Source: Auanema rhodensis (Eukaryota > Animalia > Nematoda). From it: DNA of 64,000 nucleotides. Made by a program: the position numbers and the translations under genes. The notes beneath the pieces were generated by a model. The model had not been told where the DNA came from, searched no databases, and saw nothing but the letters and a program-made list of their open reading frames with translations. Shown in pieces: positions 1 through 12,650 of this stretch. Where the stretch lies: contig OZ059898.1 in NCBI GenBank assembly GCA_964057225.1, forward strand, positions 8,122,001-8,186,000, written 5' to 3'. Positions within the stretch are counted from its first letter, which is position 1; each line of letters starts with the position of its first letter.

Positions 1-1067
1 CTGCCTGTGCATTGTCTTTGGTATCTCGTAAAATCTAATAATCTCTCTTGAGCTGACATGTAGATAGCAATTGTTATTATGAGATTGAGTATTCTTAGGT
101 CATGGCTTAGAGTTATTAGGACAAGCGAAGAACTGTCTGTGAGCCGACATACTGTGAGCAACAGCAGTTTTTTCCCTCATATCTCAAAAATTGAATGTCA
201 CATAACAATACATATCAAACAATAAAATATAAATACATATATTAAGAAAGCATAAAAACTTTGGAAGATATTTATTAACGTTTTTAACTAAAAAATGTAT
301 TTTGAACAGTAAAAAAATTTAAAAACTTATTTATTTATTTATATAACGAAATTTTATACCATTTAATTAATGAATTTCAAATAGTATTCAACTATTTGAA
401 GTTATTCGGTATAATATTCTTCTCATAATCCATTCTTTTTTGTGAATTATATATCAAAATCTTAATTCTAAATTCAACTATTTCAACTCTCATTCATTCC
501 ATTTCAACAGTAATCGGAAAAACTTGAGAAGTGTCACGACTACAGTATGCCATTCGCCGCAGGGAATACTGTCGCGAGGTTACTGTGTATTCGTTAAACA
601 ACAAATTCAATTATTCCATTTATTTTTTTCATTTGTCTTATTTTGAAAAAAAAATTCATAAATTTCAATTTAATCACAGTATTATACTAAGGCCATATTT
701 TAAAAAAATTTTTTTTAATATTTCTAGGTGTATTACTATTAAAATAATACATATTATACAAATTAATTAATTTCATTTTTTTTCGTTATAATCATAATTG
801 ATTATTTCACAATATTTTATTATAATAAATATTCATATATTTTAGCCTTCTTAGAAATAAAAAATCAAACACAGAAGTAAGAATTAAAGGGCTACTTTTA
901 AATAGTCTTAACACGATTGAAGAAATAAAGACACTTGTACAGCCACATCCATGATTATGTAATATGTATAAAATAAAGAAAATTTATGTATTATATTTTG
1001 TTATTTTTCAATAATGTTTTTAAAACAAAATCACACGCTTTAATTTTATTATTTATATCTTTTAGAA

Positions 1068-1179
1068 ATGTCCGGCACCACTGTTACCTTTAAGATTACT
1101 CTTACTAGTGATCCCAAGCTCCCATTCAAAGTGTCAGTTTTTTTAAATTTTATTATTTCATGCTTTTAAAGTTTTTTGT

Positions 1180-1252
<73 letters not shown>

Positions 1253-1534
1253 ATGTCTGTTATACAGTTATTATTAAATCATTTTCAGTTTGTCCGTTCC
1301 CGAATCTACCCCATTCACTGCTGTTGTCAAGTTTGCCGCTGAAGAATTCAAGGTTTGGAAATCATTAAAAAGACGCTTTTAATTTTATGTAACGTATAGG
1401 TTAATGCTGCTACATCAGCTATTATTACCAATGAAGGAGTAGGAATCAACCCATCTCAAACCGCTGGAAATATTTTCTTGAAGCACGGAAGCGAATTGCG
1501 GCTCATCCCAAGAGATCGCGTAGGAGGATATTAA
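1068..1534 (+). CDS. ufm-1: Ubiquitin-fold modifier 1 (UFM1); 3 exons: 1068-1132, 1289-1352, 1400-1534
   Basis: Spliced translation [87 protein letters not shown] is the highly conserved UFM1 sequence, with the C-terminal VG processing site. Both introns are GT-AG. Confidence 0.97.
1184..1243. repeat. (TA)n microsatellite in ufm-1 intron 1
   Basis: About 30 consecutive TA units, followed by a short (TG)n run. Confidence 0.95.
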
Positions 1535-1764
1535 GCATAAATTTAATAGTATTGTTAGTTTTCCTTTGTTCTTTCTGTGATGCTTATTTAACTTATTTCT
1601 ATTTATTTCCACCACTGTCTGTATTTTTGTTACATGCTTTTCTGGGGCTATATTGCGTTTTATAAATATTTATTTTATTTCTTTTTTGTATATTCAATGT
1701 ATTTCATTAATTCTATATCTTAGTTTTGCTTTGATTTTTTTAATAGTTTTAATTTTCTTGCAGA

Positions 1765-1985
1765 ATGCCTCTCACCCAATCTCAAAAAGATTTCATCAAC
1801 AAGACAACTGAATTAAGCGCTTTGGCTATTCAATGGGGTTTTGTTCCTCTTGTTGTCTACCTCGGTTTCAAGCGTGGATCTGAACCTATGCCTAATGGAC
1901 AAGTAATGATTTCATTTCCTTTTTATCTATTGTGTATTTTTTTCAGATTGTTCCTCTTTCTTTGATGAGTCTTTTGTGGGGATGA
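1765..1985 (+). CDS. tomm-7: Mitochondrial import receptor subunit TOM7; 2 exons: 1765-1902, 1947-1985
   Basis: MPLTQSQKDFINKTTELSALAIQWGFVPLVVYLGFKRGSEPMPNGQ/IVPLSLMSLLWG* carries the Tom7 signature WGF.P.V.YLGF.RG and the terminal SLLW. An acceptor-like ttcttgcag lies immediately before the ATG. Confidence 0.95.
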
Positions 1986-2307
1986 ATGATCTCGTAATGA
2001 TTCTCTTTTTTTTAATAGATTAGACGTCTAGTTGTTATATTTGTTATTGAATGTTGTTCACACCTTCATAAGATGATATAAAGCTCTTTTTTTCGAAATG
2101 TGCTTTGAATACTCGCAAATCGAATCTTTATTTTTATTGCGATTTATTAAATTCTAAACATAATTATCATAACATCAACGGCGATTAATTGAATATAATT
2201 TGTCTCGCCACGAAGGAAGATTTCGAAATTCAAAAATTGGCGTATGTTTGTATAGCATATATGCGTCAAGTCTAATTGATAAATCTGTGTAATAAATCTG
2301 TGTATAA

Positions 2308-3038
2308 ATGCGTTCATTCGTTATATATGAAACTCTTGAAGCTGCTAAAAAAGGACAGCTTAAATTAGAAGAATATTATCCAAAGTACAAGTGGATCCGT
2401 TTCATAACTGATGATGGTTATCTTTTTGACGTAGTTACACTCCTGTTTTATAAAAGCACTGTTATTTGCAATATGCTTGAAGGTTTGCATTGAAAATTAC
2501 AAATTTGAGTAAGTTTATTATGGTTTAAGGGTTAGATGTAAGAACAGAGTTTGAAGGAATTCGGAGTAGAAGTAGCGTTCCGAGCATAGTTATTAACGAT
2601 ATGCCCATAACCTTGAACTTTGATGGCAGACCCTTTGAGGCGGTAATATCTATTTGAATTCGTTAATAATTCTTCTATTTAGATTCTTGAAGGCTTAGAT
2701 TGCTTAAAAAATGAAGAACATCCCGATTTATCAGAATGTAATTTAGATATGCTTATTGCTATGCTTAAGGTTGTTCAAAATATTTTTAGGTTGAATATTA
2801 TTTTGTACTTTAGATAGCCGATTATTTTGATATTCAAGAATTGATTCTAACGATAATTAAAGAGATAGACATACGTATGTCGGGAAATACTCCTGACCAA
2901 GTAAGAGAGACGTTTAACATCTCAAATGATTTCAAGAAAGAAGAGCATGATCAGGCACGTATTAATAAATATTTGATTAATTAACTCGTATTTCAGATTG
3001 TAAATGAAGGATTGTGGTCTTTCAATGTACGACTGTAG
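2308..3038 (+). CDS. Divergent Skp1-related (skr-type) protein; 5 exons: 2308-2482, 2530-2642, 2683-2769, 2814-2954, 2997-3038
   Basis: N-terminal IRFITDDGYLFDV...KSTVICNMLEGL resembles Skp1 IKLQSSDGEIFEV...QSVTIKTMLEDL. C-terminal IADYFDIQEL...MSGNTPDQVRETFNISNDFKKEEHDQIVNEGLW resembles Skp1 AANYLDIKGL...[33 protein letters not shown]. The last intron is best read as GC-AG. Confidence 0.85.
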
Positions 3039-3185
3039 TATGCTTCCAAGTTTTATGTGTTCGATTTCTTATTAAAACAACTGTGAATATAATTCAAATA
3101 AATTTCAGTTCAATTTCCAATCCTGTTGTAAATCTTGAAACATTCACAATACATTACTAAATGATTCAACCATCAGACATGACAC

Positions 3186-4772
3186 TCAATTTTCTTTAAC
3201 TTCTTCAGTTGTACTAGTTTTAGAGGCAGTGCTACTGTTGCCATCCATTGCTTCCATAGCTAAGTGTATATTTATAGCCTATTTTTATTATGTTCTATTG
3301 TAACATACCTATTCTAATATCTATTTCACTTAATGGAGACATTTGATGTTCCTCCTTCATCTGGATATCTTCTCGTCTTTTAGCGGAGTTAAATCGATCT
3401 AGTTGACGTGGAGCTGAATCAGTCTGAATTAGTTTTCAATAATATGGTTTGATTCATTTCTTCGTAATACCCTTTTAGGTGTACCATGAAATGAAATAAT
3501 TGAAGCAGATCGAGAGAGTAGACGACCTATTCCAGTTCTATTGGCTGTTTCTTCACTGCAAACTTATTTTGTATGTATGGGATCTTCCGAAGACTCACGG
3601 CTTCACTGGAACGATTTTTTCTCGGACTGAAATTTTTCGAAGTGGGACTTGAGAAGCGGACTGTGTCAATGGAACCATTCTGACTTGAGAGACAGAAGGT
3701 GCGAGTCTAAACAAGAAAGAAAGATTCATTAGTTATTAAGTAAAATGAACTTGATGTGAGCCAAAGATCCTTCTCTACGTCTATATCTACGTTCGTGTGC
3801 TGATTCCTCAGAATACAGAGGAACCCAATCGTCATCCCAGAATGCATCTTTCTTCATTTCTGGTGTTTTACCATAGCCTTCATCAACAATTTTTAATCCC
3901 ATCTGAATTTGTTAAGTTAAACATCTATTTTTGATTAAATAATAATTACAGCAAGATTTCTGTCAATAAGAATATTAGTTTCAAAATCATCATCATCTTC
4001 ACCCCAAGGATTGAGTAAAGCTTCACCAATTTTTAACCAACCCATGTATAGAATGAATTGAATGCTTGTCATAAAAGGAAAAACCATATCAATCTATAAA
4101 GTATTGAGTTACAATGTGCCATATGTTATAATCTCCTAATCCGAATTCTATTGAACTTACACTATCAGTTTCGTATTTTGAGTCCTGAACATATTGACGA
4201 GCAATGACACAAACAAGAAAATAGGTATGAACAGCAAAACAGACAATTGTAGGATAAATCATTGGCAATGGTACCCAATCGTAGTTACACAACCATGCTA
4301 AATCCGTACGGAATTTTCGGACTTCCTATTTAGAAAAACAAACAATTTTCAATGTGTATATGAATCAAACCTCAGATAGAATAGTTACATAATAATCACT
4401 TTCAATAAAACCATCTATTCTTGCTCTTAACAAATAAAAAACAATAAATAATTGTTTTTTTCATTCGATTATCTACCTATATATCAGTGCCCATGCCCAA
4501 TTAAATGGTAAGAAATATTTAGAATAACCGTATTGGATATCGTCAAAGTTTTCTTTTTCGTGTGGCATCATAAAGCCTAAAGAATTCTTTGAATAGCTAG
4601 TTACCTATTATTTTGACTCAATAACAAACCAGCAGCAGCCACTGTATCCAATGTTGGGAAACGTTTTCGACATCGCAGTGAAAGATCTCTAAAAACAAGT
4701 ACCTGCAAATGAAGATTTTTAAGCGGAAGGAACTTTTATGTTCATCAAATAAAAGTGCATATTCATTATAGA

Positions 4773-4816
<44 letters not shown>

Positions 4817-6485
4817 ATATATGCGTATATATTGTTGATTTTACCTGTGTTAACTGACAATATCGAACAATATTTCGTCGATATTGTCTAGCTCGTTCAC
4901 TTGTTCCACGCACATACAAAGCAGTCATTAAGCCAATGCTGCAAAATTGAATTCATTAAAAAGTTCATTCATTTTCATGAAATGCTCGAACGTACTTATC
5001 CATAAATCCAATAATATTATACAAGTACCAAAAACGTGTTAACACAGCTGCAATGAAGAAACCTAACATCCAATCCAACGGAATGTAGTCCATACGTGAA
5101 TTGGTAAAATCTACTAACGTAACAAAACTTCTAAACAGAAAAAAATATTAATAATTAATGAAAAAAATATTTTTTTAATTATTAAATTTCCGTACTTTTG
5201 TTGGGCATCATTCAGAATAAATCTATATATAATGGAAATGATGGCATATAAAGCAAGCCAAGTGCCATATTGCATATAAACAGCTTTCCATACCGATCCT
5301 TTCCATCTAAAATATTCATAACATTAAATTCTTTTTCTGATAAATAATATATTTTTCATTTTAATTAATATAAATTTATGTATATATATATATGTATATT
5401 GAAATCTAAGTATTATTTATAATTTTAATAATATTTCATACAGTTATTCAATCAAAGTCTTATAGTTATTGTTAAAAATAAATTTATTATGATACTTTTT
5501 ACGTCATTTTTTAATTTATATATTATATACATATACTATCAAGAATGATATTGGAATCATTAAAGTTGAACATGTTTAAATATTTAAACAATATCATATT
5601 TCAATTTCTTGTCTAATATGCGTATGCATATGTATGTATTTAAATATATATTTTTCTAATAAAAAATTAACTATTTCAAAATTCTGTTGAGTGGGCATTG
5701 TAAAGATTCAGACATTATTTCTTAGATCCTTAACATTTCGAAAAAGTTTTTTTTAAATTAGTATAGTTTGTAATTTATCTTCATTTTATCTTTGTTATTC
5801 AGTATATTTTTACGAAAACGTCGAACGAATGCACTTAGAATTCAATATATCCACTTCTCTGTTCTTTTTATTTCTTTAGAGAAAATCAAAGAGCCGGACG
5901 ATACATGGGACTTAATATTATGGACAAAAAAAAGAGAAAACGAGAGATATTGATGAGTGATCAGTTCTCTGCACCAAAGTTATGTGGTATGAACTTCTCT
6001 ATAATGTTTCATCATTTCAAAAATCAAAACATTCTATGTTTGACGAGAACAATAGGCTTTTGCTTTCCTATTCAAACTAAACTTATATAGGAAAAAATAT
6101 TTTTTTTTGTATTATATTAAGCCATTTCATTACAAGAAATTAAGCAAACCAATGATCATCATTAGATAATGAGAAAAAACAGAAAAAAATGAAAAAAAGA
6201 GAAAGAAAGAGAGAGAGAGGGAGGGGGGGGGGTAATAGAAAAAAGAGTAATAGAAATCGAGAGAAAGGTTGGTTTATGGTTGGAACCTTAGCGCTGCACA
6301 GAATATGCGTACTTTAGACGTCCTGAACTCCATGAAATACGACATATTTCAATATATTAATAATGATTAAATGAAAGAAGGAAAAAACATTTTTTTGATG
6401 TTTATCTTCTTACTAACCGGAAGAAAAGTCTCATGAATGTCCATGGTCGTGATGTGGATACGGAAAGATTGTAACTGACTGTCAT
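3186..6485 (-). CDS. Bestrophin-family Ca2+-activated anion channel, multi-exon; first intron ~1.1 kb
   Basis: Starts [30 protein letters not shown]. Contains WMLGFFI, the RFP motif (RCRKRFPTL), [14 protein letters not shown] and the Ca2+-clasp [21 protein letters not shown]. Ends TTEEVKEN*. Confidence 0.95.
4776..4810. repeat. (TA)n microsatellite in a bestrophin intron
   Basis: Perfect TA dinucleotide run. Confidence 0.9.
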
Positions 6486-9400
6486 ATTGAAATAAACTCA
6501 CGATACCATATAATTCTATTAAAATAAATAGTTAATAATATAAGATTTTTATTAAAAAATAAAATAAAGTTTAATAGAATATTTGAAATAAAAATATATA
6601 CATGTATGATATGACGAGTAGTAACGGTAAAATTTTTAAAATATACTAGTTCGATTGTATTCTTCTGTCTCAACCATAGCCTATTTCTCATATTTCTCTC
6701 CATTCAAACGTTGCGTATGTAGATTTGATATCTATAACTCGTATGTTCAATAATAGATATAACATAGAAATTGGAGAGAATGCAGAGATACAAAGATGAT
6801 TTTCTATGTCTAATATGGAAATCGGCTTTGTCCATTGCACCATCATTGCTCTACCAACACTTCACCAGTTTTATGATTTGACCATTAAAATTACTTCATG
6901 GATGATAATAGAGGAAAAATCACTTGAAATGATTACTTTTTTAACTTTTTTCAATGAATGACGTCAGACATTAAGATAAATTCTTTCTAAAAAAAGAACA
7001 ATGAAAACGGGATGTGCAATGAAGTTTAGCAAAGTGTTTTCAACAAATTATGCTGTAGAAAAGGCTGCTCTAAAGTATTATAGGACACGCCTACCAAAAA
7101 GGATATAGAATTCTTGAGGTGATATAGCTATGCAGTTTGTCTTCTTAGCCGGCTTCTCCTTCTTCTATTATTTCCTGCTAACGTATCATCATGATGCTTT
7201 GTCTTTCATGTTCCTTCCTTACGTTTAGTTGATCATTCTTTGCTGTTTAGACATTCAGGTACCTGTCATGAAGCAGCTTGAAAGGAGTGGTTTAGGGTGC
7301 GGTGTCAGAGCTTATAGCATCAGCTATTACATAGAAAAGAGTAAATATGAAAATATTCTGAAATTTTCAAAGAAAAAAAAGTCTAAAGCATCTGAAATAG
7401 AGTAGTTTTCGAATTTTTAAACATAAGGAATTGAGAAATGGTTGTACTTGTTAGTATACTGTAAGTAATCAAAAGACTTGAGAGAAAAAGCAGAGTTATA
7501 GGATTTCATTATTCAAATTATTTTTATTTTTGACATTAATATTGATTTAAGATTATTTCTTAATTTATATTTTAATAATATTATAATAATCTATTTATTG
7601 TTTTTATTTCGATGTTTCATCTCAAGTTTCCCTATTGATCTCCTCTCCAAGTTCACTCATTGTTACGTTTCACTGTTCATTGTTTTGTTATTCCTATCTC
7701 TTCATCATGTTTTCTTTTTATTCTTAAATCTTTCTATATCCTTTCAGTAATTCTCATTGTTTTTTGATTATTTTGTTTTTTCATCTAATGATCTACATCG
7801 GTACTTAGGTTTTAGGATCCCAGAAACATTTATTTCCAATCATGACATTACTTCTTATTTCCGTTTGACTTATTGAAATACATTAAAATTCTATTGAATT
7901 CACATCATTTGTGTGATTACCTATCTGCTTTTTCAGTTTTTTGTGTTCTCTGAATAATGCTATTCAGGAATAAGTCAAACAGAAGAAGAAGACCAATGAA
8001 ACGAAAAATTAAGCTTTTCTATACATTTTCATTTCAATCTAATTATTCTTATATACTAATATCTTATTAATAGAGATGGAAGATTTGGAATTTTCGATGA
8101 CGTGAGTAGTAAGCAGATTGAGGGAGTGAATGATACGCTTCTCCTATAATTGAACAAGCTTTCTACACTAATTATTTTTTTGGCAAAAACCCAAAGAGAA
8201 AAGTGACACAAGGGACTACTTCTTACTGACAACATCACCAAAGTAGAATGCCCTTCTAATTTTCGTCAAATATTCAAAATATTGAAAAGAACATTTCAAT
8301 GCCGTTTGGCTTCCTTGTTTAGGTATTCATCTTCATCGCATTCTCTTCTAAAATTAGTTCATTTTTCGATTTCAAGCTTTCCGATCTTTCATTCTCTTTC
8401 TTTCTCTCTCTGTCTCTCTCTCTCTTCTATCGTTTTCCGTATTTTATGTATCCCATCTAACTATTATATTATTTATTTCAAATCGTTTTGATGTACAAGG
8501 CCTTTTTCTTGATACCTTACATAGAATTTTGAAGTTATGTCTTTTCAAATAGTTTATTTATTAGTTTCTTTTTTCAAACTTCGTCCAAACATTTTTATTT
8601 TTTTCATATTTTTTTCTGTTAATTCTCTACCTATATCTCTCTCAATCTCTACCTCTGTCAATCTCTCTGGTGTCCCACCTCTCTCTCTCTCTTTTCTCTC
8701 TCGCTATTGCTATTTTTTGCTTCACTTAGCTGAACTTTGCTCTGCTTGAGCATATACACATGCAATATTGTTAGAAAACACCTTCTAGTGCTTTTCGATT
8801 TTCTGTAGAATTGAGAAAGAAGAAAGTATAAAAGTGATCATAAAGACACTATAATCATTGAAAATCTCGCTTCTAAGACTAATATGTGTGAAATATTCAA
8901 AGATGTGATCTTAAAACTCCAAATATTTTCTAATTTGAGTTAATACTGCTTATTCCATCACCCAACCTCATTCTATATCTCTATCTCTCTCTCTCTCTCT
9001 TTTTCTCTTTTTTTTTCGCTCTCCATATCAGATATTCTCTTCAACATCCTTTCCAATCTTTCTTCTTCTGAACCTTCAGATTATCTATTGTCTTCAGCAC
9101 GTCGTCGTTATGGTTCTTTAAAGGATCAACCTACTTCTTCATTCGCATTTCTCGGACTCAGTTGCTTTTGGGTCATAAATGAAAGCTTTCATTGGATTTT
9201 GCTAAGAAATCTAGAAAGTACTTGCACGTTTCTTTTCTTTCATTTCACCATTCACTGGAGAAAAATTTATTTTGTTTGAAAAAGGAAAAAAGAACTCTTG
9301 AACAATATAACTGGAAGGTTAAACTCGAAATTGTGAAGTTTAACGCCCTTCTTCCATTTTTTATTCTTAAAGCTCCTATAATTAAATTTGTAACGTACAA

Positions 9401-12400
9401 GTCTAATTTATCTGCTCATCCAGTTAGATCCTTTTCAAATTCTTTTTAAACTTTGCACAACATTAGCAGTATTTTTTTCAAAGATGCTATATGTTTACAG
9501 GTTTTCTTTTACTTAATAGATCTTAATTTCAATTTTTTTCAATTTTCTTTTCTTTTCCGTTGGATAATCCTTGACTATATACTAGCATCTTTAATTCTTA
9601 ATGGAGATTCTTAAGAGAATATGATAGAAAGGAACTAAAAAAAGAAAAGAAATGACGAAGCTTGTTATATATTAAGGAAATTATAACTATTAATAAGAAA
9701 ATATGAAATAGAAGAGGTATATTATATTTTTATATAGATCATCTTACTGATATAGGAATCGTTTTTCAAATAAATTAATTTGATATAAATGGAATAGATT
9801 ATAATATTCATTATTATTATTATTTAGATAAATAGCATCATCAATATCCGATATTATCTCCACATATTCAATATAAAATTTTTTTCTTTTTGTCATTCAA
9901 ATATTTTTGAAATCTTATGTGCACTTCCTAAAACCAATACATATACACATTGTTTTTTCTCTTTTTACTTTTATTTAATTCTTATATTATTCACTTAGTG
10001 TTTGAGAATTATTTTTCGAACTAACTATGTGAAGACATCAATGAACTATGAACCTACACATATCTAACCATCCAACACATATCATATATATCTTTTCTCT
10101 TTTTCTCTTTTTTTAATTATTAGATATTTCTCCTTGTTATATTTGTGTTTAATATATCAAAAATGAAAAAAAGGAACAAAAATCTAATTATTAAATATAC
10201 AGTATACCAAATATTATTATATTGTATACTATATTTCTTTTATAAATATATTTAAATCATCAGGACATTGGCACTATATACATGTAATTGATGCAACATA
10301 CATACATACATAGATACATGAATATCTCTTGTTCATCAACATTTAATCTTTCAATATTATCTTTTCATGTTTCCCAAGGCTTTTTTTTAATTGTTTCTTT
10401 GGAATTTTTTCTAAATTTAATTGGAGTTTTGGTAAGAAAGAAAGTTTATTTCTACGAATTTCTACGTCAAATATTTGAAGAAATAGTTCTACGAATCTAC
10501 TATAAACATCAAAGCTCATAATGTCAAAGCGAAATGTCTTTTAGGATGAGTTTTTCATTGAAAATCTTAATTTACATAGTAATTGTCTATAAATATTAAA
10601 AAGAAAAAATTCAAAAACAATATTGAAATTATAAAATTCTTTCATGTCCAGAAAAAAATCAAAATTCCCATTTCTTTATCTTTTCTTTTAAGTTTAACAT
10701 CCAAACTATTTTATTTGATGAATCAAAAACAATATGATTTTACTTAAATTCATATATTTTATAATTTATATATATGTATATAGTATAATATATATTTTAT
10801 ACAATAGTTCTCAACCATATTTGTATAAAAAATTTACTTGTTTGAAATTATAAACTATGTGTATGTTGTTGTTTTCCCAATACAACAAGCCGCTTGTAAA
10901 TTTGTTTCTCAGAATTATTATTGAAGTAAAAAAAAATTATTAATAACTCGATTTTTTTAATTATAAGTGGTAATATAAACTTTATCCTGCCGCTTGCAAC
11001 GTGAAACGACTGCGATTTATGCTAATGACGTCGTTGTTTACGTGACATGAATAGCATGTAACTGGCTCAGTTTGAACTTAATGCCAATGTCGACTGGTTG
11101 TTTTATAGATGTCACAGATATTTGCTCTTAGATCTTAGATGTATATATTTCTTTTTCAAGTTTTTTCTTAAATTTATATTAATATAGTTAACATGTGTTA
11201 TTAATTATTATTTTCTATCTATAAGTAGAAGATTATTTTAAAATGTTTTGATCTGTTATTGCAATGTATAACTCAAAGTGAGTCTACATATCTCATAGCT
11301 TCTACTCTCCCCGTTCCATTCCAATATAAGCGCGTTTACCTCAATTACTTGAAGTGCCAGTAGTGAAAGATTAGAAAGTTAGTGTCTCGTCATGTCCAAG
11401 AGTTCATTCCACGTTTTTAGCGTACCCTTCATTCATTGTTCCAGAATAAATTGCACAAATGAGGTCAGTTTGTTAAAGGCAAAAAGCTAATTCTGATGAT
11501 TTTCGAATGAAAGCAGAATGTCTGAAGTTCATTCAACCGTATGTTCCATTTCTTCTTCCTTTTTTTCCAAAAGAACTTACAATTTTCTTGCATGAGCGTT
11601 TATACAATGGGAAAGAGATAGAGATACAAGAAAATTTGTTAAGAAGGTAAAAAGCCCTTTTCAATCTTCTTTGTAATATTTCTTGAAGTTCGAGTTATTC
11701 ATTTTCAGCTTTTCAATTGGGAAGAAGGAAAAAAAACGAAAGTGCGAACTTTCTTTCACTCTTTTGACTCTTATACCTAGCTGAGAAAGAGAGAAGGGAA
11801 CCTATATTCTGAGTGTTAAAAAGAAGAGAGAGAGAAAGAGAATATGGTGAAATAGAAAGCTATATAATACTATTTTTTTAACATGCCTAGAACAAAAGAC
11901 TTTCTGCTAATGTGCTTGGAAGTCAGTATTTTTTAAAATAAGTACGTCAGTTAGTACTGCGAAGAATTTTTGAACAAAACGATCTAATGGTTGTGCAAGA
12001 TTTTGGATTATTTTGATACAATTCATTGCATTTTACCTCTATTTTGGATATATGAGGTGAAGGAGTATTTCGTTGTTATTTCTGGTCTGACTTCTCGCAG
12101 TTGTTGCTTGCGGTAGAGTTCTTGCAGTTATTAGTTTATAAGTCGGTAACATCATATTAGTCTTCTACTTCTTACAAACATGCTCGTGTTCAACCTCGTG
12201 ACTTCGTCTTTAATTTAGTATGAACACTATGACCAGTATGTTCGAATATAGCATGTAAGCATCGAATCATAGCTTATGCACGGATATAGCCGTATTTTTC
12301 ACAACTGATATCACAGTTTTTCCTCTGCATTCTAGCCTACGTGAGAAGAATATGCTCATGTCGTCCACTCTCGCGAAAAGTAGCGGAAATGTTGTCCATC

Positions 12401-12454
12401 ACTAATCGGCTTTTTTGTTTTAACTTTCGTGGCTATTGCTGCTCCACAGGTCAT

Positions 12455-12650
12455 ATGCACCAACACCCACTCAGACATCTTCATTACGTATATGCTACTC
12501 TTTACGTTCAACTTGCAAACTTGGAACAATTGTGCTCGTCGAGCTGTTGACTCGTGAACATTCTCTCATATTCACTGATCGTTCACGGCACATTTCAAAT
12601 GTATTTTGGACGTTATCCTAGTTCGAGGTTCACGACTCCTGAGCCTCACT
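12455..12650 (-). mobile_element. Possible heavily decayed RTE-clade LINE fragment
   Basis: On the minus strand, broken frames give GVV..RITSKI and then VMKM..WV. This order resembles the RTE ORF motifs GVLCD..RLKSKIY ... EMKMLRW. GC is above the local background. Many stops and frameshifts. Confidence 0.3.

Noticed and set aside
1-180. Stop-free minus-strand frame at the window edge
   Set aside because: No recognisable homology and no convincing splice sites; cannot be evaluated at the edge.
12276-12332. TATCACAG (mir-2/mir-43 seed) followed by weak complementarity to an upstream segment
   Set aside because: The hairpin has too many mismatches around the seed for a pre-miRNA, and it lies in a probable decayed repeat.
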